Notes under the pieces: generated by a model
The model's database searches: none
The model's input: the letters and a program-made list of their open reading frames with translations, nothing else
Told to the model about the DNA's origin: nothing
Part shown: piece by piece, positions 41,422 through 52,508 of the stretch
Numbering within the stretch: the stretch's first letter is position 1
How the letters are laid out: each line of letters opens with the position of its first letter
NCBI GenBank assembly: GCA_963845565.1
Contig: CAWJSJ010000004.1
Span: forward strand, 160,001-224,000
DNA: 64,000 nt
Reading direction: 5' to 3'
Source of the DNA: an uncultured Methylomirabilota bacterium
Lineage (GTDB): Bacteria; Methylomirabilota; Methylomirabilia; Methylomirabilales; 2-02-FULL-66-22
Position numbers and translations under genes: made by a program

Positions 41422-42915
41422 TTACGTTCGCGCGAAGAGCCTGGCCTGGGGCCGGAACGGGACGTCGGCATCCAGGGGGAAGATGGGCCGCAGGCAGCGG
41501 GTGTGGCCAAGGCTCTTCAGGTTGGCGGATGTTGCCCCAGGGGCATCCACGTTCACCAGCGTGGCCGCCCACGCCTTAAAGAAGCGCTCCTGGCAGTGGG
41601 GGGACTTCACCACGACGGCATCGAAGTGCGCCGGGTCCTGCCCGTGGGCCAGGAAGAGCGAGCGGTCATAGAGGCTCACCGCGCGACTGGTCACGACCAG
41701 GGTGAAGCAGTCCCCCTCCAGGACTGCGGTCGGTCCCGCCTGCCAGGTGTCGCCATGGGACTCGCTCCGGCAGCGGCCGTCCGAGAGGAGGCGCACCGTG
41801 GCGTTGATCGGCAGCGGCCGGTGACGCTTGGGGTCGAGCGCGCCGCCCACCTCCGTGGTCAGCGTGTGCCCCACACCGGCCGCGAACGCCGCGCGGACCG
41901 CGGGGGGATCCACCACGGGGGCCAGGACCCGCTTGGCGTAGCCGGACTCGACCAGCGCGCGCAGGATGGCGTTGCTGTCGCCAGGGGCGCCGGAACTGGT
42001 GGCGTCGGCGGCGTCGGTCAGGATGGTGGTGCCTTCCGTCTGCGTCGCGATGTGCACGGCCTCCGCGAGACTCGTCAGGGGCTGCTGCAGTCGCTCGCGG
42101 ACCGCCCAGAATCCCTCCGCCAGGGCCAAGGCCTCGCGCTCGGCCCGCGCCGGGTCGTTGTCGGTCACCACGACGCTCCGGGAGCAGAGACCGGGCACAT
42201 CGGTGAACGGGTTGCCGATGAACATGCCGGCGGCCAGGCCACCGGGACTCGTTTCGATGGCCTGGGCCTGGCGGATGAAGGTGCCGAGCAGGCCGGTCGC
42301 CGTGATCAGTTCGTTCCCGCGCACCAGCGCCGGGATGGTGACGACCGCCGTGACGGGTCGCACGGCGCCGGCCAGGATGCGCAGGAGAAGCCGCGCCGCC
42401 CGCTCGCCCGTCTGGAAGAAATCCACGTGGGGATAGGTGTGATACATCGCGATGGCGTCGGCGTGCTGGAGCATGCGGTCCGTCAGGATGCCGTGCAGGT
42501 CGAGGGAGACCACGATGGGGATCCGCTCTCCGAGAATCTTGCGCGTCTCGGCCAGCAGAAATCCCTCGGTGTCGTGCTCGCTTTCGGCCTCCATGGCGCC
42601 GTGGAGGGAAAAGTAGACGGCGTCCACGGGCGGCGCCGATCGGACCGCGTCCAGGAACTCGCGGGCGATCCGGTCGAAGTCCGCCGCCGCCAGGACCCCG
42701 CCGGAGGTGATGGCGCGGGCACTGTAGGCGGGGACGATCTGGACGTCGGGCTGTGTCGCGAAGACGCCGAGGGCGCCCGCCATCTCGCTCCCGACCCCCG
42801 CGTGGCGGCGGAGCAGCTCGGGCCCGACGGCGATGCTGAAGTCCTGGTAGTGACTCGGGACCGGATTGAACGAGGATGATTCCTGCTTGCATTCCGCAAC
42901 CAGAATCTTCGCCAT
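41422..42915 (-). CDS. M81 family metallopeptidase (MlrC-like)
   Basis: QESSSF, LHGAM, SLDLHG, TYPHVD and VVKS. Confidence 0.9.
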   Translation of the reverse strand: MAKILVAECKQESSSFNPVPSHYQDFSIAVGPELLRRHAGVGSEMAGALGVFATQPDVQIVPAYSARAITSGGVLAAADFDRIAREFLDAVRSAPPVDAVYFSLHGAMEAESEHDTEGFLLAETRKILGERIPIVVSLDLHGILTDRMLQHADAIAMYHTYPHVDFFQTGERAARLLLRILAGAVRPVTAVVTIPALVRGNELITATGLLGTFIRQAQAIETSPGGLAAGMFIGNPFTDVPGLCSRSVVVTDNDPARAEREALALAEGFWAVRERLQQPLTSLAEAVHIATQTEGTTILTDAADATSSGAPGDSNAILRALVESGYAKRVLAPVVDPPAVRAAFAAGVGHTLTTEVGGALDPKRHRPLPINATVRLLSDGRCRSESHGDTWQAGPTAVLEGDCFTLVVTSRAVSLYDRSLFLAHGQDPAHFDAVVVKSPHCQERFFKAWAATLVNVDAPGATSANLKSLGHTRCLRPIFPLDADVPFRPQARLFART

Positions 42916-43057
42916 CGCCGATGCTCCTTCCCTCGCATTCGCCTGGGCGTCGGGCCCGCGGGCGCCGCCCTGCATGCGACAGTCCTGCATCCCGGAACGG
43001 CACGGGGAGCGCCGATGGTCGGGCGCTCCCCGTTGCCGGAAGAACCGCGCGTGCTGG

Positions 43058-43957
43058 TTACTTCGTGATGAACTCCACCGCCATCACCGTCCGCGGCGGC
43101 ACGGGTTGCTCCTTGGTCTTGATCCACTTGGCGTGGAGCACGCCCGTCTTGCCGATGTTGTACGGGGGCAGGGCGATGGTCATGGCCAACTCGCCCCGCG
43201 ACACGGCCTCGCGGGCGTCCTTGTTGGCGTCCATGCCGGTGATCTTGATCCCCGTCCGCTTCGACGCCTTGACGGCGGCCAGGACCCCCATGGCCATCTC
43301 GTCGTTGAAGCAGAAGACGGCATCGATCTGCGGCTGGGCCTGGAGGATATTCTCCATCACGCCGAGAGTCACTGCCCGGTCATATTTCCCGCTCTGCTGG
43401 GCGACGATCTTGATGCCCGGGTACTTGGGCCACACCTCGGCGGATCCCTTCTTCCGGTCCTCGGACGAGGCGGCGCCCGGGATGCCCTCCATGACGACCA
43501 CGTTCCCCTTGCCGCCGAGGGCCTTGGCCACCCATTCGGCGCCCTCGCGGCCGATCACCACGTTGTCGGTCCCGATGTGCGAGGTCACCTTGGCGCCGGG
43601 GACGGCGCGCTGCAGCGTGACGACGGGGATCCCGGCCTCCGCCGCCTTGTTCAGGACCGCCGCCGCGCCGTCATGGGTGGCGTTGATGATGATCACGTCC
43701 ACTTTTTTCTGGATCAGGTCCTCGACGTCGGCAATCTGCTTCTCCAGCTTGTCCTCGGCGTTCAGGATGGTGGCCTCCATCCCCTGAGCCTTGGCCTCGT
43801 CGCGGACGCCGTCGGCCATGGCCTTGTAGAAGGGATTGACCTGGGTGGAGACGGAGAACCCGATCTTCACGCCGGCCTGGCCGCCGGAGACCGTCACCGC
43901 CAGGAATCCCACCGCCAGGATCGTGATGCCCACGACGCGCCATCCTCGGATACCCAT
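43058..43957 (-). CDS. Ribose-type sugar ABC transporter substrate-binding protein
   Basis: Signal peptide; NPFY, IGTDN, NDEMAMG and ITGMD. Confidence 0.9.
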   Translation of the reverse strand: MGIRGWRVVGITILAVGFLAVTVSGGQAGVKIGFSVSTQVNPFYKAMADGVRDEAKAQGMEATILNAEDKLEKQIADVEDLIQKKVDVIIINATHDGAAAVLNKAAEAGIPVVTLQRAVPGAKVTSHIGTDNVVIGREGAEWVAKALGGKGNVVVMEGIPGAASSEDRKKGSAEVWPKYPGIKIVAQQSGKYDRAVTLGVMENILQAQPQIDAVFCFNDEMAMGVLAAVKASKRTGIKITGMDANKDAREAVSRGELAMTIALPPYNIGKTGVLHAKWIKTKEQPVPPRTVMAVEFITK

Positions 43958-44023
43958 CCTGCTCCTCCTTTCCGGCGTGTCGGTCCGGTCCCACCATGGG
44001 GCCGGAGGACGCCGGTTGCGACA

Positions 44024-45010
44024 TTACCCGGAGTGCTCGCGCGGCTCCCCGCGATCCTCCGATGGAACCGCGGGACCGCTGCGCCCCGTACCTGCCTTGA
44101 TCGCCTGATCCACCAGCACGGCCAGGACGATCACGCCTCCCTTGGCGATGAGCTGGTAGAACGGGCTGACGTTCATCAGGTTGAAGCCGTTGTTCAGGAC
44201 GCCGATGATGAAGGCGCCGACGACCGTGCCCCAGATCGTCCCCTCGCCCCCCATCAGGCTGGTGCCGCCCAGGACCACGGCGGCGATCGCGTCCAGCTCG
44301 AACCCGACCCCGGTATTCGGCTGCGCCGAGCTCAGCCGCGCCGCCAGGACCAGACCGGCGAGCCCGGCCAGGACCCCCCCCAGAACATACACGAGGATCT
44401 GGATTCCCGCCAGGCTGATCCCCGCCAGCCGGGCGGCCTCGGCGTTGCCGCCAACGGCATACACGTAGGTTCCCCAGCGGGTGCGCGACAGAAACCAATG
44501 GGCGGCGAGCAGGGTGGCGATCATGAGCAGGATGGGGACGGGGATCGGACCGATGAAGGCCTGTCCCAGCCAGAGGTAGGGACCCTCGGTCTTGACGATC
44601 GGCTCGCCGTTGGTGAGAACCAGCGCCACCCCGCGCACCACGGTCATGGTGGCCAGGGTGGTGATGAAGGGGGGCACGCGCCCCCAGGCGATCAGGGCGC
44701 CGTTCAGCAGACCCACACCGGCGGCCACCACGATGCCCGCCAGCATGCCGACGACGTCGCCGGCGGGCCGGGCGACGAGGAGCGCGGCGCAGCCCGCCAG
44801 GGCGATGGTCGAGCCGACGGAGAGGTCGATCCCGCCGGTGATGATCACGATCGTCATCCCGGCCGCCACGATGGCGTTGATGGAGACCTGGCGCGCCACG
44901 TTGATCAGGTTGGAGGCGGTCAGGAACCGGTCCGACAGCAGACTCAACACGGCGCCGATCAGGAGGAGGCCCAGGAGGGACCCGTAGTCCCGCAGGAGTC
45001 GTCGGCTCAT
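44024..45010 (-). CDS. Sugar ABC transporter permease
   Basis: GGIDLSVG, PPFITTL and ELDAIAAVVLGGTSL. Confidence 0.93.
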   Translation of the reverse strand: MSRRLLRDYGSLLGLLLIGAVLSLLSDRFLTASNLINVARQVSINAIVAAGMTIVIITGGIDLSVGSTIALAGCAALLVARPAGDVVGMLAGIVVAAGVGLLNGALIAWGRVPPFITTLATMTVVRGVALVLTNGEPIVKTEGPYLWLGQAFIGPIPVPILLMIATLLAAHWFLSRTRWGTYVYAVGGNAEAARLAGISLAGIQILVYVLGGVLAGLAGLVLAARLSSAQPNTGVGFELDAIAAVVLGGTSLMGGEGTIWGTVVGAFIIGVLNNGFNLMNVSPFYQLIAKGGVIVLAVLVDQAIKAGTGRSGPAVPSEDRGEPREHSG

Positions 45011-45014
45011 GGCG

Positions 45015-46508
45015 TCATCTCGTCAGACCGGTGGCGTGCGCCATCACGGTTTCGGGGGAGGCGGTGCGCGCGTCCAGCTCTGCAACCACCTGATGGCGGC
45101 GCATGACGCACAGTCGATCGCTCATGGCAATGACCTCCGGCAGGTCGGACGAGATGAGAAGAATGCCTTTGCCGTCCCGGACGAGCTGGTTCATCAGGCG
45201 GTACATCTCCTGCTTGGCCCCCACGTCGATGCCCCGCGTCGGCTCGTCCAGGATCAGCAGGCGGGACCGGCGAGCGAGCCACTTGGCCAGGACCACCTTC
45301 TGCTGGTTGCCGCCGCTCAGACTCCGCACCGGGTGCGCAGGGTCGGCCAGACGGATGCGGAGCTCCCGGATCAGCGGCTCCGCCAGGCGGCGCACGCCGC
45401 CCCGGGCGGGCAGCCAGCCGGCCAGGAGGCGATCCAGGTTGGGTAGGGCGATGTTCACGTCCACGCCCAGGCCCAGCACCAGTCCCTGTCCCTGGCGATC
45501 CTCCGGCACCATGCCGATCCCCAACCGGATCGCTTGCCGCGGCGTCGTGACCCGGAGCGGACGGCCACACCAGGTGAGGGCGAGGCCCGGGTGACGCTCG
45601 GCGCCGAAGACGGCGCGGACCAGCTCGGTCCGGCCGGATCCGACCAGACCAGCCAGGCCGACCACTTCTCCCGCCGCGACGCGCACGGGGAGGCCGGCGG
45701 CCGGCCGGATCTCCAGGAGGGGCTCCCCCGGCGCCGCCGGTTCCTTGGGGTAGTGCTCCGTGATGCTCCGGCCCACCATCCCCCGGATGAGCCGGTCCAG
45801 CGTCGCCTCGCCGGCGCCCAAGGTTTCCACCCGACGCCCGTCCCGCAGGATGGTCACGCGGTCCGCCAGGCTCAGCACTTCCTCCAGGCGATGGGAGATG
45901 TAGAGGACGCTGACCCCCCGCGCGCGCAACCGCCGCACGGTCTCGTGCAGGCGAGCCGTCTCCTGGGTGGTGAGGGTGGCGGTCGGCTCGTCCATCAGGA
46001 TCAGCCGCGATTCGCGAGACAGCGCGCGGGCGATCTCCACCATCTGCCGCTCCGGAACCGAGAGCTCCCGCACCGGTCGGTCCGGATCCAGACCACCCGC
46101 TCCTTCCGTCCGGCCCAGAAGATCGGCCACCAGGCTGACGGTCCGGGCCCGCATGGCGGCCCGGCGCGCGGCCCCGCCGCCGGGGACGGAGGTCTCGTGC
46201 CCCAGAAAAATATTCTGCGTCGCCGTGAGCGCGGGGATGAGGGTGAATTCCTGGTAGATGGTGACGATGCCGCAGGCCTCGCTGGCGCGCGGCGAGCCGA
46301 CGGGCAGGGGGGCGCCCGCGAAGCGAAGGTCGCCGGCATCGGGTCGCACCGCCCCGCTCAGGATTTTGAGGAGTGTGGACTTGCCGGCGCCGTTTTCCCC
46401 GACCAACGCGTGGACCTCGCCCGGCTGGACCTCGAGATCCACGCCGGCAAGAGCCTGCACGCCGCCGTACCGCTTGGTCAGACCTCGCACGGAGAGTAGG
46501 GGATCCAT
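45015..46508 (-). CDS. Sugar ABC transporter ATP-binding protein (two NBDs)
   Basis: GENGAGKST, MDEPT, LSGGNQQK and DEPTRGIDVG. Confidence 0.93.
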   Translation of the reverse strand: MDPLLSVRGLTKRYGGVQALAGVDLEVQPGEVHALVGENGAGKSTLLKILSGAVRPDAGDLRFAGAPLPVGSPRASEACGIVTIYQEFTLIPALTATQNIFLGHETSVPGGGAARRAAMRARTVSLVADLLGRTEGAGGLDPDRPVRELSVPERQMVEIARALSRESRLILMDEPTATLTTQETARLHETVRRLRARGVSVLYISHRLEEVLSLADRVTILRDGRRVETLGAGEATLDRLIRGMVGRSITEHYPKEPAAPGEPLLEIRPAAGLPVRVAAGEVVGLAGLVGSGRTELVRAVFGAERHPGLALTWCGRPLRVTTPRQAIRLGIGMVPEDRQGQGLVLGLGVDVNIALPNLDRLLAGWLPARGGVRRLAEPLIRELRIRLADPAHPVRSLSGGNQQKVVLAKWLARRSRLLILDEPTRGIDVGAKQEMYRLMNQLVRDGKGILLISSDLPEVIAMSDRLCVMRRHQVVAELDARTASPETVMAHATGLTR

Positions 46509-46788
46509 GGTCGCGTGCCGCGTCGGCGCGGGGCCGGAAAGGAATTAGCGCGCCACCATAGACCACCGAGCCGGGTTGGTTGTCAAGGGAAAAGCGGGCG
46601 GTGGTGACCGAGGAGGGCGGGTGCGGCCCGCACCGGGAAGGGCGCCCGCGTGGTGGACTCCCGAAAAAGTTCTTGTTGTACGGCGACAGGCTTTGTAGTA
46701 GCTTCCGTTTCGGCCAGCCCTGGCGCCCCCGCGTGGGCGGTTGTGTGCCGGGGAGACTCGCAACCACACCTCAGGAAAGGAGAGCAGC

Positions 46789-47079
46789 ATGGCGAAGCCG
46801 ATGACCAAGGCGCAGACCGTCACCTACTTCTCGGACAAGTTGGGCATCACCCGCAAGGTCGCCGCGGCGTTCCTGGATGAGCAGGCGAAGCTGGCCGGCA
46901 AAGAGGCCAAGAACGGCTACACGATTCCGGGGCTGGGCAAGCTGGTGTTGGTGAATCGCAAGGCGCGGATGGGCCGCAACCCTCAGACCGGCGAGGCCAT
47001 CAAGATCGCCGCACGCCGCGTCGTGCGCTTCCGTGTGGCCAAGGCCATGAAGGATTCCGTGCTGGGCGGCAAGAAGTAG
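46789..47079 (+). CDS. HU family DNA-binding protein
   Basis: IPGLGK and RKARMGRNPQTGEAIKI; AAGGAG RBS. Confidence 0.93.
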   Translation: MAKPMTKAQTVTYFSDKLGITRKVAAAFLDEQAKLAGKEAKNGYTIPGLGKLVLVNRKARMGRNPQTGEAIKIAARRVVRFRVAKAMKDSVLGGKK

Positions 47080-47340
47080 GCGTGCCGGTCCGGGCAGCTC
47101 TCGCGGTGCGTCACGGCGATGGGGGCGGAGCGTGGCGCTCCGTGGCGCCCGATCCCGTCGGTCTGCGACGCCTCCTCCTGCAAGATTGCGGCGAGGGAGG
47201 ATCGCTCTAGGGCGGTTCTCCCTCGCCGGCGCCCCCCACTTGGCGGGGCGGGACACGCGCCGTGCAGGGGCTTCTGGGAAGCCGGCGTCCCGCCTCTTTC
47301 GTAGTTGCACCCGCCAGCGTGCCAACGGAGACGACAAACC

Positions 47341-49566
47341 ATGGCGGCGGCGTCCCTCTCCAACACGAGTGTGAAAGCCATCATCCAGGGCGAATGCGGG
47401 GATCCCTTCGCGGTGCTCGGGCCGCATGTGATCCGCCGGGCCCGGCGTCCCGCCGTAGCCATCCGCGCCTTTCTCCCCCATGCGGCTCAGGTCACCGTCG
47501 TGCCCGCCGAGGTCGGTGCGCTCCCGCAACCGATGGAGCGGCTGCACGCGTCAGGCCTTTTCGAAGCCGTGTTCGCCGACCGGCGCGAACTGTTCGGGTA
47601 TCAGTTGGAGGTGCGGGATCGTGATGGCATCGCCTGTCGCTGCGAGGACGCCTTCCGGTTTCCCTCCGCGCTGAGCGATTTCGACCTCCACCTCTTGGGC
47701 GAGGGGACCGACTACCGGGCCTACCAGAAGCTGGGGGCGCATCTCGCGACGGTGGACGGCGTGACGGGGGTGCGGTTCGCGGTCTGGGCGCCGAACGCGC
47801 GGCGGGTCAGCGCGGTGGGCGACTGGAACGGCTGGGACGGCCGGGTGCACCCGATGCGCCTCCATCCCGGCAACGGACTCTGGGAGATCTTCATCCCGGG
47901 GCTGGGCAGCGGGGCGCTGTACAAGTACGAGATCCTGCCGAAGAGCAGCGCGCCCCTCGCCCTCAAGTCGGACCCGGTCGCCTTCGCCTTCGAGGAGCGC
48001 GATCCCCCCACGGCCTCGATGGTCGCCGATCTCGACTATGCGTGGGGCGATGCGGAGTGGATGGCCGCGCGGGCGGCGCGGAACGCTCTGGAGACTCCCC
48101 TTTCCATCTACGAGGTCCATCCCGGCTCCTGGATGCGGGTGCCGGAAGAGGGCAACCGCTACCTGACCTATCGCGAACTGGGCGAGCGCTTGGGCGCCTA
48201 TGCGGCGGAGATGGGCTACACCCATGTGGAGTTCATGCCGATCACGGAGCATCCCTTCTACGGCTCCTGGGGGTACCAGCCCATCGGCCTCTATGCCCCG
48301 ACGCGCCGGTACGGCGCGCCGCAGGACTTCATGGCCTGCGTGGACGCGCTTCACCGATACGGTGTGGGCGTCATCCTGGACTGGGTACCGGCCCACTTCC
48401 CGAACGACCCGCATGGTTTGACCTACTTCGACGGGACGCACCTGTACGAGCACGAGGACCCGCGCCGGCGCGAACATCCGGAGTGGGGGACCCGCATTTT
48501 CAACTACGGCCGGAACGAGGTGGCCAACTATCTGATCGGGAGCGCCCTCTTCTGGCTGGACAAGTACCACATCGACGGGCTCCGCTTGGACGCCGTGGCC
48601 TCCATGATCTATCTCGATTACGCCCGGCAGGGCGGCGACTGGCTCCCGAACCAGTACGGCGGGCGAGAGAATCTGGAGGCGGTGAGCTTTCTCCGACGAT
48701 TGAACGAGGCCGTCTACCGCGAGCATCCGGGAGCCATCACGATCGCCGAAGAGTCGACAGCCTGGCCGCAGGTGTCGCGCCCGACGTACGTCGGCGGACT
48801 GGGGTTCGGGTTCAAGTGGAACATGGGCTGGATGCACGACCTGCTCGACTACATGACCGAAGACCCCATCCACCGGAAGTACCATCACAACCATCTCACC
48901 TTCGGATTCCTGTACGCCTGGAGCGAGAACTTCATCCTGCCGCTCTCGCATGACGAGGTGGTGTACGGCAAAGGGTCGCTGCACCGGAAGATGCCCGGGG
49001 ACGACTGGCAGAAATTTGCCAACCTGCGCGCGTTCTTCGGCTTCATGTACGGGCATCCAGGCAAGAAACTGCTCTTCATGGGGGGCGAGTTCGGCCAGAC
49101 CAACGAATGGGACCATGAGGCGAGCCTGGATTGGCACCTCTTGGAGATGGGGCCGTACCATCGCGGATTGCAGCGCCTGGTGCAAGACCTGAACGGGCTC
49201 TACCGGACGCAGCCGGCCCTGTACCAGGTGGACTTTTCGTCCGAGGGGTTTCAATGGATGGACTGCGACGACACGGACGCGAGCGTGGTGTCGTTCGTTC
49301 GGCGCGCGCGCGACCCGCAGGACTTCCTCCTCTTCGTGTGCAACTTCACCCCGGTGGTGCGGAGCGGCTACCGGGTCGGCGTTCCGCGCGGCGGTTTCTA
49401 CCACGAGCGGATCAACACGGACGGCGCGATCTACGGCGGAAGCAACGTCGGGAACGCCGGAAACGTCCTGGCGGAGCCCATCCCGACCCACGGTCAGCCG
49501 TATTCGCTCCGGCTCGACTTGCCGCCCCTGGCGACCCTGGTGCTGCGACCCGATGGAGTCTGGTGA
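47341..49566 (+). CDS. glgB: 1,4-alpha-glucan branching enzyme
   Basis: [36 protein letters not shown] and LSHDEVV. Confidence 0.96.
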   Translation: MAAASLSNTSVKAIIQGECGDPFAVLGPHVIRRARRPAVAIRAFLPHAAQVTVVPAEVGALPQPMERLHASGLFEAVFADRRELFGYQLEVRDRDGIACRCEDAFRFPSALSDFDLHLLGEGTDYRAYQKLGAHLATVDGVTGVRFAVWAPNARRVSAVGDWNGWDGRVHPMRLHPGNGLWEIFIPGLGSGALYKYEILPKSSAPLALKSDPVAFAFEERDPPTASMVADLDYAWGDAEWMAARAARNALETPLSIYEVHPGSWMRVPEEGNRYLTYRELGERLGAYAAEMGYTHVEFMPITEHPFYGSWGYQPIGLYAPTRRYGAPQDFMACVDALHRYGVGVILDWVPAHFPNDPHGLTYFDGTHLYEHEDPRRREHPEWGTRIFNYGRNEVANYLIGSALFWLDKYHIDGLRLDAVASMIYLDYARQGGDWLPNQYGGRENLEAVSFLRRLNEAVYREHPGAITIAEESTAWPQVSRPTYVGGLGFGFKWNMGWMHDLLDYMTEDPIHRKYHHNHLTFGFLYAWSENFILPLSHDEVVYGKGSLHRKMPGDDWQKFANLRAFFGFMYGHPGKKLLFMGGEFGQTNEWDHEASLDWHLLEMGPYHRGLQRLVQDLNGLYRTQPALYQVDFSSEGFQWMDCDDTDASVVSFVRRARDPQDFLLFVCNFTPVVRSGYRVGVPRGGFYHERINTDGAIYGGSNVGNAGNVLAEPIPTHGQPYSLRLDLPPLATLVLRPDGVW

Positions 49567-49706
49567 GTCGGCACGCTCGGCTGGCTCACACCCCTGGTAC
49601 ACGCCCTGCGCCGCGGTCATTCGATTCGGATCATTCACGAGTCCTTCGTGATTGATCCGGGCTCAACCGTCTCTCCCCACGCCACCCGTTCCGCGAGGAG
49701 GACCGC

Positions 49707-51107
49707 ATGCGCTCCGACGAACTCGCCTTCATGCCCGCCAGCGATCTGGCCGCCCTGATCCGGAACCAGCAGGTGTCCCCCGTCGAGGCGGTCGGAGCCG
49801 TCCTCGATCGAATCGCCCACCTCAATCCGCAACTCAACGCCTTCTGCGCCGTGACGGCGGATGCCGCCCGGGCGGAGGCGCGAGCGGCCGAGGCCGCCGT
49901 CCTGCGCGGAGACCGGCTCGGCCCGCTGCACGGCGTGCCGTTCTCGGTCAAAGACCTCGTGATTACCCGAGGGGTCCGGACGGGATTCGGGTCGCGCATC
50001 TTCGCGGACAACATTCCGACCGAGGACGCCCCCGTCGTCGAGCGACTGAAAGCTGCCGGCGGGATCATGGTGGGGAAGACGACGACGCCGGAGTTCGGGT
50101 GGAAGGGCACCACCGACTCGCCGCTCACCGGGATCAGCCGGAATCCCTGGGATCCGACCAAATCGCCGGGCGGCTCCAGCGGCGGCGCCGCCGCCGCGGT
50201 GGCGGCCGGCCTGGCGCCGCTGGCGGTCGGAACGGATGGCGGCGGCTCGATTCGCATCCCGGGGAGCTTCTGCGGCATCTTCGGCCTGAAGCCGACCTGC
50301 GGCGTGGTGCCCATCTATCCGATGCCGAATACCGGAACGCTCTCCCACGTCGGCCCCATGACCCGGACGGTGCGGGACGCCGCCCTGATGCTGTCGGTGA
50401 TGGCGGGGCCGGATGACCGGGATCCGCTGTCCTTCCCGACCACCGGGACCGATTTTACCGAAGGGCTGGAGACGGGGATCCGGGGGTTGCGCGTGGCCTG
50501 GAGCCCCACGCTGGGCTATGCGCGCGTGCACCCGGAGGTGCTGGCGGCGACGACGCGCGCGGCACGGCGCTTCGAGGAGCTGGGATGTCAGGTGGACGAG
50601 GTGGAGCGGGTCTTCGCCGATCCCGACGCGATCTGGGCGCCGCTCTTCTATGGGGGCATCGCCGGCCGCCTGCAGGAGTACCTGCCCGCCTGGGCGGATC
50701 GCCTCGATCCGGGATTGGTCTCGGTGATCGAGGAGGGAGGCCGCATTTTCGCGGCGGAGTTTGTCCGGGCAACGCTGGCCCGGGCCGCCTTCTGGCAGGA
50801 GGTCCGGAAATTCTTCCTGCGATACGACCTGCTCCTCACGCCGACCCTGGCCTCGCTGCCGTTCGCGGCGGGCGAGGAGAAGCCGGCGGACGCGCCGACC
50901 GGTTCCCGCCTGGCCTGGGTGGCCTTCACCTATCCGTTCAACCTGACCGGGCAGCCTGCCGCCACGGTGCCGTGCGGTTTCACGCCGGCCGGGTTGCCTG
51001 TCGGGCTGCAGATCGTGGGGAAGCGACTGGCGGACGCGACGGTGCTGCGGGCAGCGGCAACCTTCGAGGCGGCGGCCCCGTGGGCCGGCCGTCGGCCGGC
51101 GGTGTGA
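49707..51107 (+). CDS. Amidase signature family protein
   Basis: GPLHGVPFSVKD, PGGSSGG and GTDGGGSIRIP. Confidence 0.93.
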   Translation: MRSDELAFMPASDLAALIRNQQVSPVEAVGAVLDRIAHLNPQLNAFCAVTADAARAEARAAEAAVLRGDRLGPLHGVPFSVKDLVITRGVRTGFGSRIFADNIPTEDAPVVERLKAAGGIMVGKTTTPEFGWKGTTDSPLTGISRNPWDPTKSPGGSSGGAAAAVAAGLAPLAVGTDGGGSIRIPGSFCGIFGLKPTCGVVPIYPMPNTGTLSHVGPMTRTVRDAALMLSVMAGPDDRDPLSFPTTGTDFTEGLETGIRGLRVAWSPTLGYARVHPEVLAATTRAARRFEELGCQVDEVERVFADPDAIWAPLFYGGIAGRLQEYLPAWADRLDPGLVSVIEEGGRIFAAEFVRATLARAAFWQEVRKFFLRYDLLLTPTLASLPFAAGEEKPADAPTGSRLAWVAFTYPFNLTGQPAATVPCGFTPAGLPVGLQIVGKRLADATVLRAAATFEAAAPWAGRRPAV

Positions 51108-51165
51108 GGGGCCTGCGGAGAGGCGAGAGGCCAGAGCCGAGAGCATAGAGCCGAGAGCCGAGACG

Positions 51166-51212
51166 GGACCCGCACGCACGGCGGGGGGTTGCCCCGCCGT
51201 GCGTGCGGGTCC
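51166..51212. terminator. Long perfect hairpin between convergent genes
   Basis: GGACCCGCACGCACGGCGGGG-GGTTG-CCCCGCCGTGCGTGCGGGTCC. Confidence 0.7.
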
Positions 51213-51218
51213 GCGAGA

Positions 51219-52436
51219 CTACTTCACGACCGCCTTGATCATCTTGCCGAACTCCGTCCCATCCACCAGTCCCTTCTTCTTCAGCGAGGCGGCCTTCACC
51301 CGCAGGACCAGTTCGCCCACCTGCTCCTCCGTGGCCTTCACCCGGAGGCGCTGCAGGTGGATCTTGATCGAGTCGATCCCGCTGTTCTTCCCCAGGACCA
51401 CCCGCGGCGCCCGCTGACCCACCAGATTCCAGTGGATCGGGAAGACCTCCAGGATGTGCTCCGGTCCCACGTTCTTCAGCCACGACGCGATGATCCCCGA
51501 CTCGACATCGTAGACGTCGTCCCCCACGATCTGCCGGTTGGCGGGCATGGCGACCTTGGCGATCTTGCGGACGTACCGGGAGAGCTTGGTGAGCTGCTCC
51601 GTCTTGATCCCGGTGTCCACCCCGTACATGGTGAGCAGCGAGATGAGCGTGTCCTCCGTCGGGGCATTACCGGCCCGCTCCCCGATGCCACTGATGGTCG
51701 AGTGAACGACGGAGGCGCCCTCCGCCAGAGCGATGATCGTGTTGGCCACTCCCATGCCGAAGTCCATGTGGAAGTGAGTCTCCAGCGGCTTCTTGATCCG
51801 CTTCTGGGTCTCGCGCACGAAGTAGCTCACCGCGTGGGGCGAGAGCACGCCGAAGGTGTCCACCAGGGCCATGGCATCCATGTGGCCCTCGGTGGCCACT
51901 CGCTCCATGGTGTTCAGGTACCAGCCCATCTCGGCCCGCGAGGCGTCGATGGGGAAGAAGACCACGTAGAGCCCCTGCGACTTGGCGTACCGGGTGGCCT
52001 CGATGGAGGTCTCCACCGCCTTTTCCATCGACCACCGGTAGGCGTACTTGATGATGTGCTCGCTGGCGGGCACCTCCATCACGATGCCCTTGACCCCCGT
52101 GTCCACCGCGCGCTTCACGTCCTCCACCATGCAGCGGGAGAAGGCGAAGATCTCCGCGGGCAGCTTGAGCTTCACGATCTCTCTGATCGCCTGGGCGTCG
52201 TATTTGGAGACCGCCGGCATCCCCGCCTCGATGCGATGCACCCCGGCCTCGGCCAGCATCGTCGCCAGCTTGATCTTCTCCTTGGGGGTGAACTCGACGC
52301 CGGCCTGCTGCTCTCCGTCCCGGAGGCAGACGTCGTGGAACTTGATGCGCTTCGGGAAGCGGTGAGAGGCCTTGACCTCACTCACGAAATTCCAGGGGCT
52401 GGTGAACCATTTGTCCGTCTTCCAGGGCGTCTTCAT
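51219..52436 (-). CDS. HMGL-like / pyruvate carboxyltransferase (LeuA/homocitrate synthase superfamily), no regulatory domain
   Basis: LRDGEQ, HFHMDFG, GIGERAGN and LGKNSG. Confidence 0.85.
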   Translation of the reverse strand: MKTPWKTDKWFTSPWNFVSEVKASHRFPKRIKFHDVCLRDGEQQAGVEFTPKEKIKLATMLAEAGVHRIEAGMPAVSKYDAQAIREIVKLKLPAEIFAFSRCMVEDVKRAVDTGVKGIVMEVPASEHIIKYAYRWSMEKAVETSIEATRYAKSQGLYVVFFPIDASRAEMGWYLNTMERVATEGHMDAMALVDTFGVLSPHAVSYFVRETQKRIKKPLETHFHMDFGMGVANTIIALAEGASVVHSTISGIGERAGNAPTEDTLISLLTMYGVDTGIKTEQLTKLSRYVRKIAKVAMPANRQIVGDDVYDVESGIIASWLKNVGPEHILEVFPIHWNLVGQRAPRVVLGKNSGIDSIKIHLQRLRVKATEEQVGELVLRVKAASLKKKGLVDGTEFGKMIKAVVK

Positions 52437-52508
52437 CGCGGCTCCTTCCATGTGATGGATGCTGTCCGATTGCCTGCACCGTTCGGCGAGAGTGCCGCCC
52501 CGTGCCGA

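Noticed and set aside
42866..45106. Long antisense and alternative-frame ORFs (for example 42866-45106, 47551-49638, 57097-59043, 2338-4131)
   Set aside because: Shadow ORFs of real genes, expected in high-GC DNA; no motifs or RBS.
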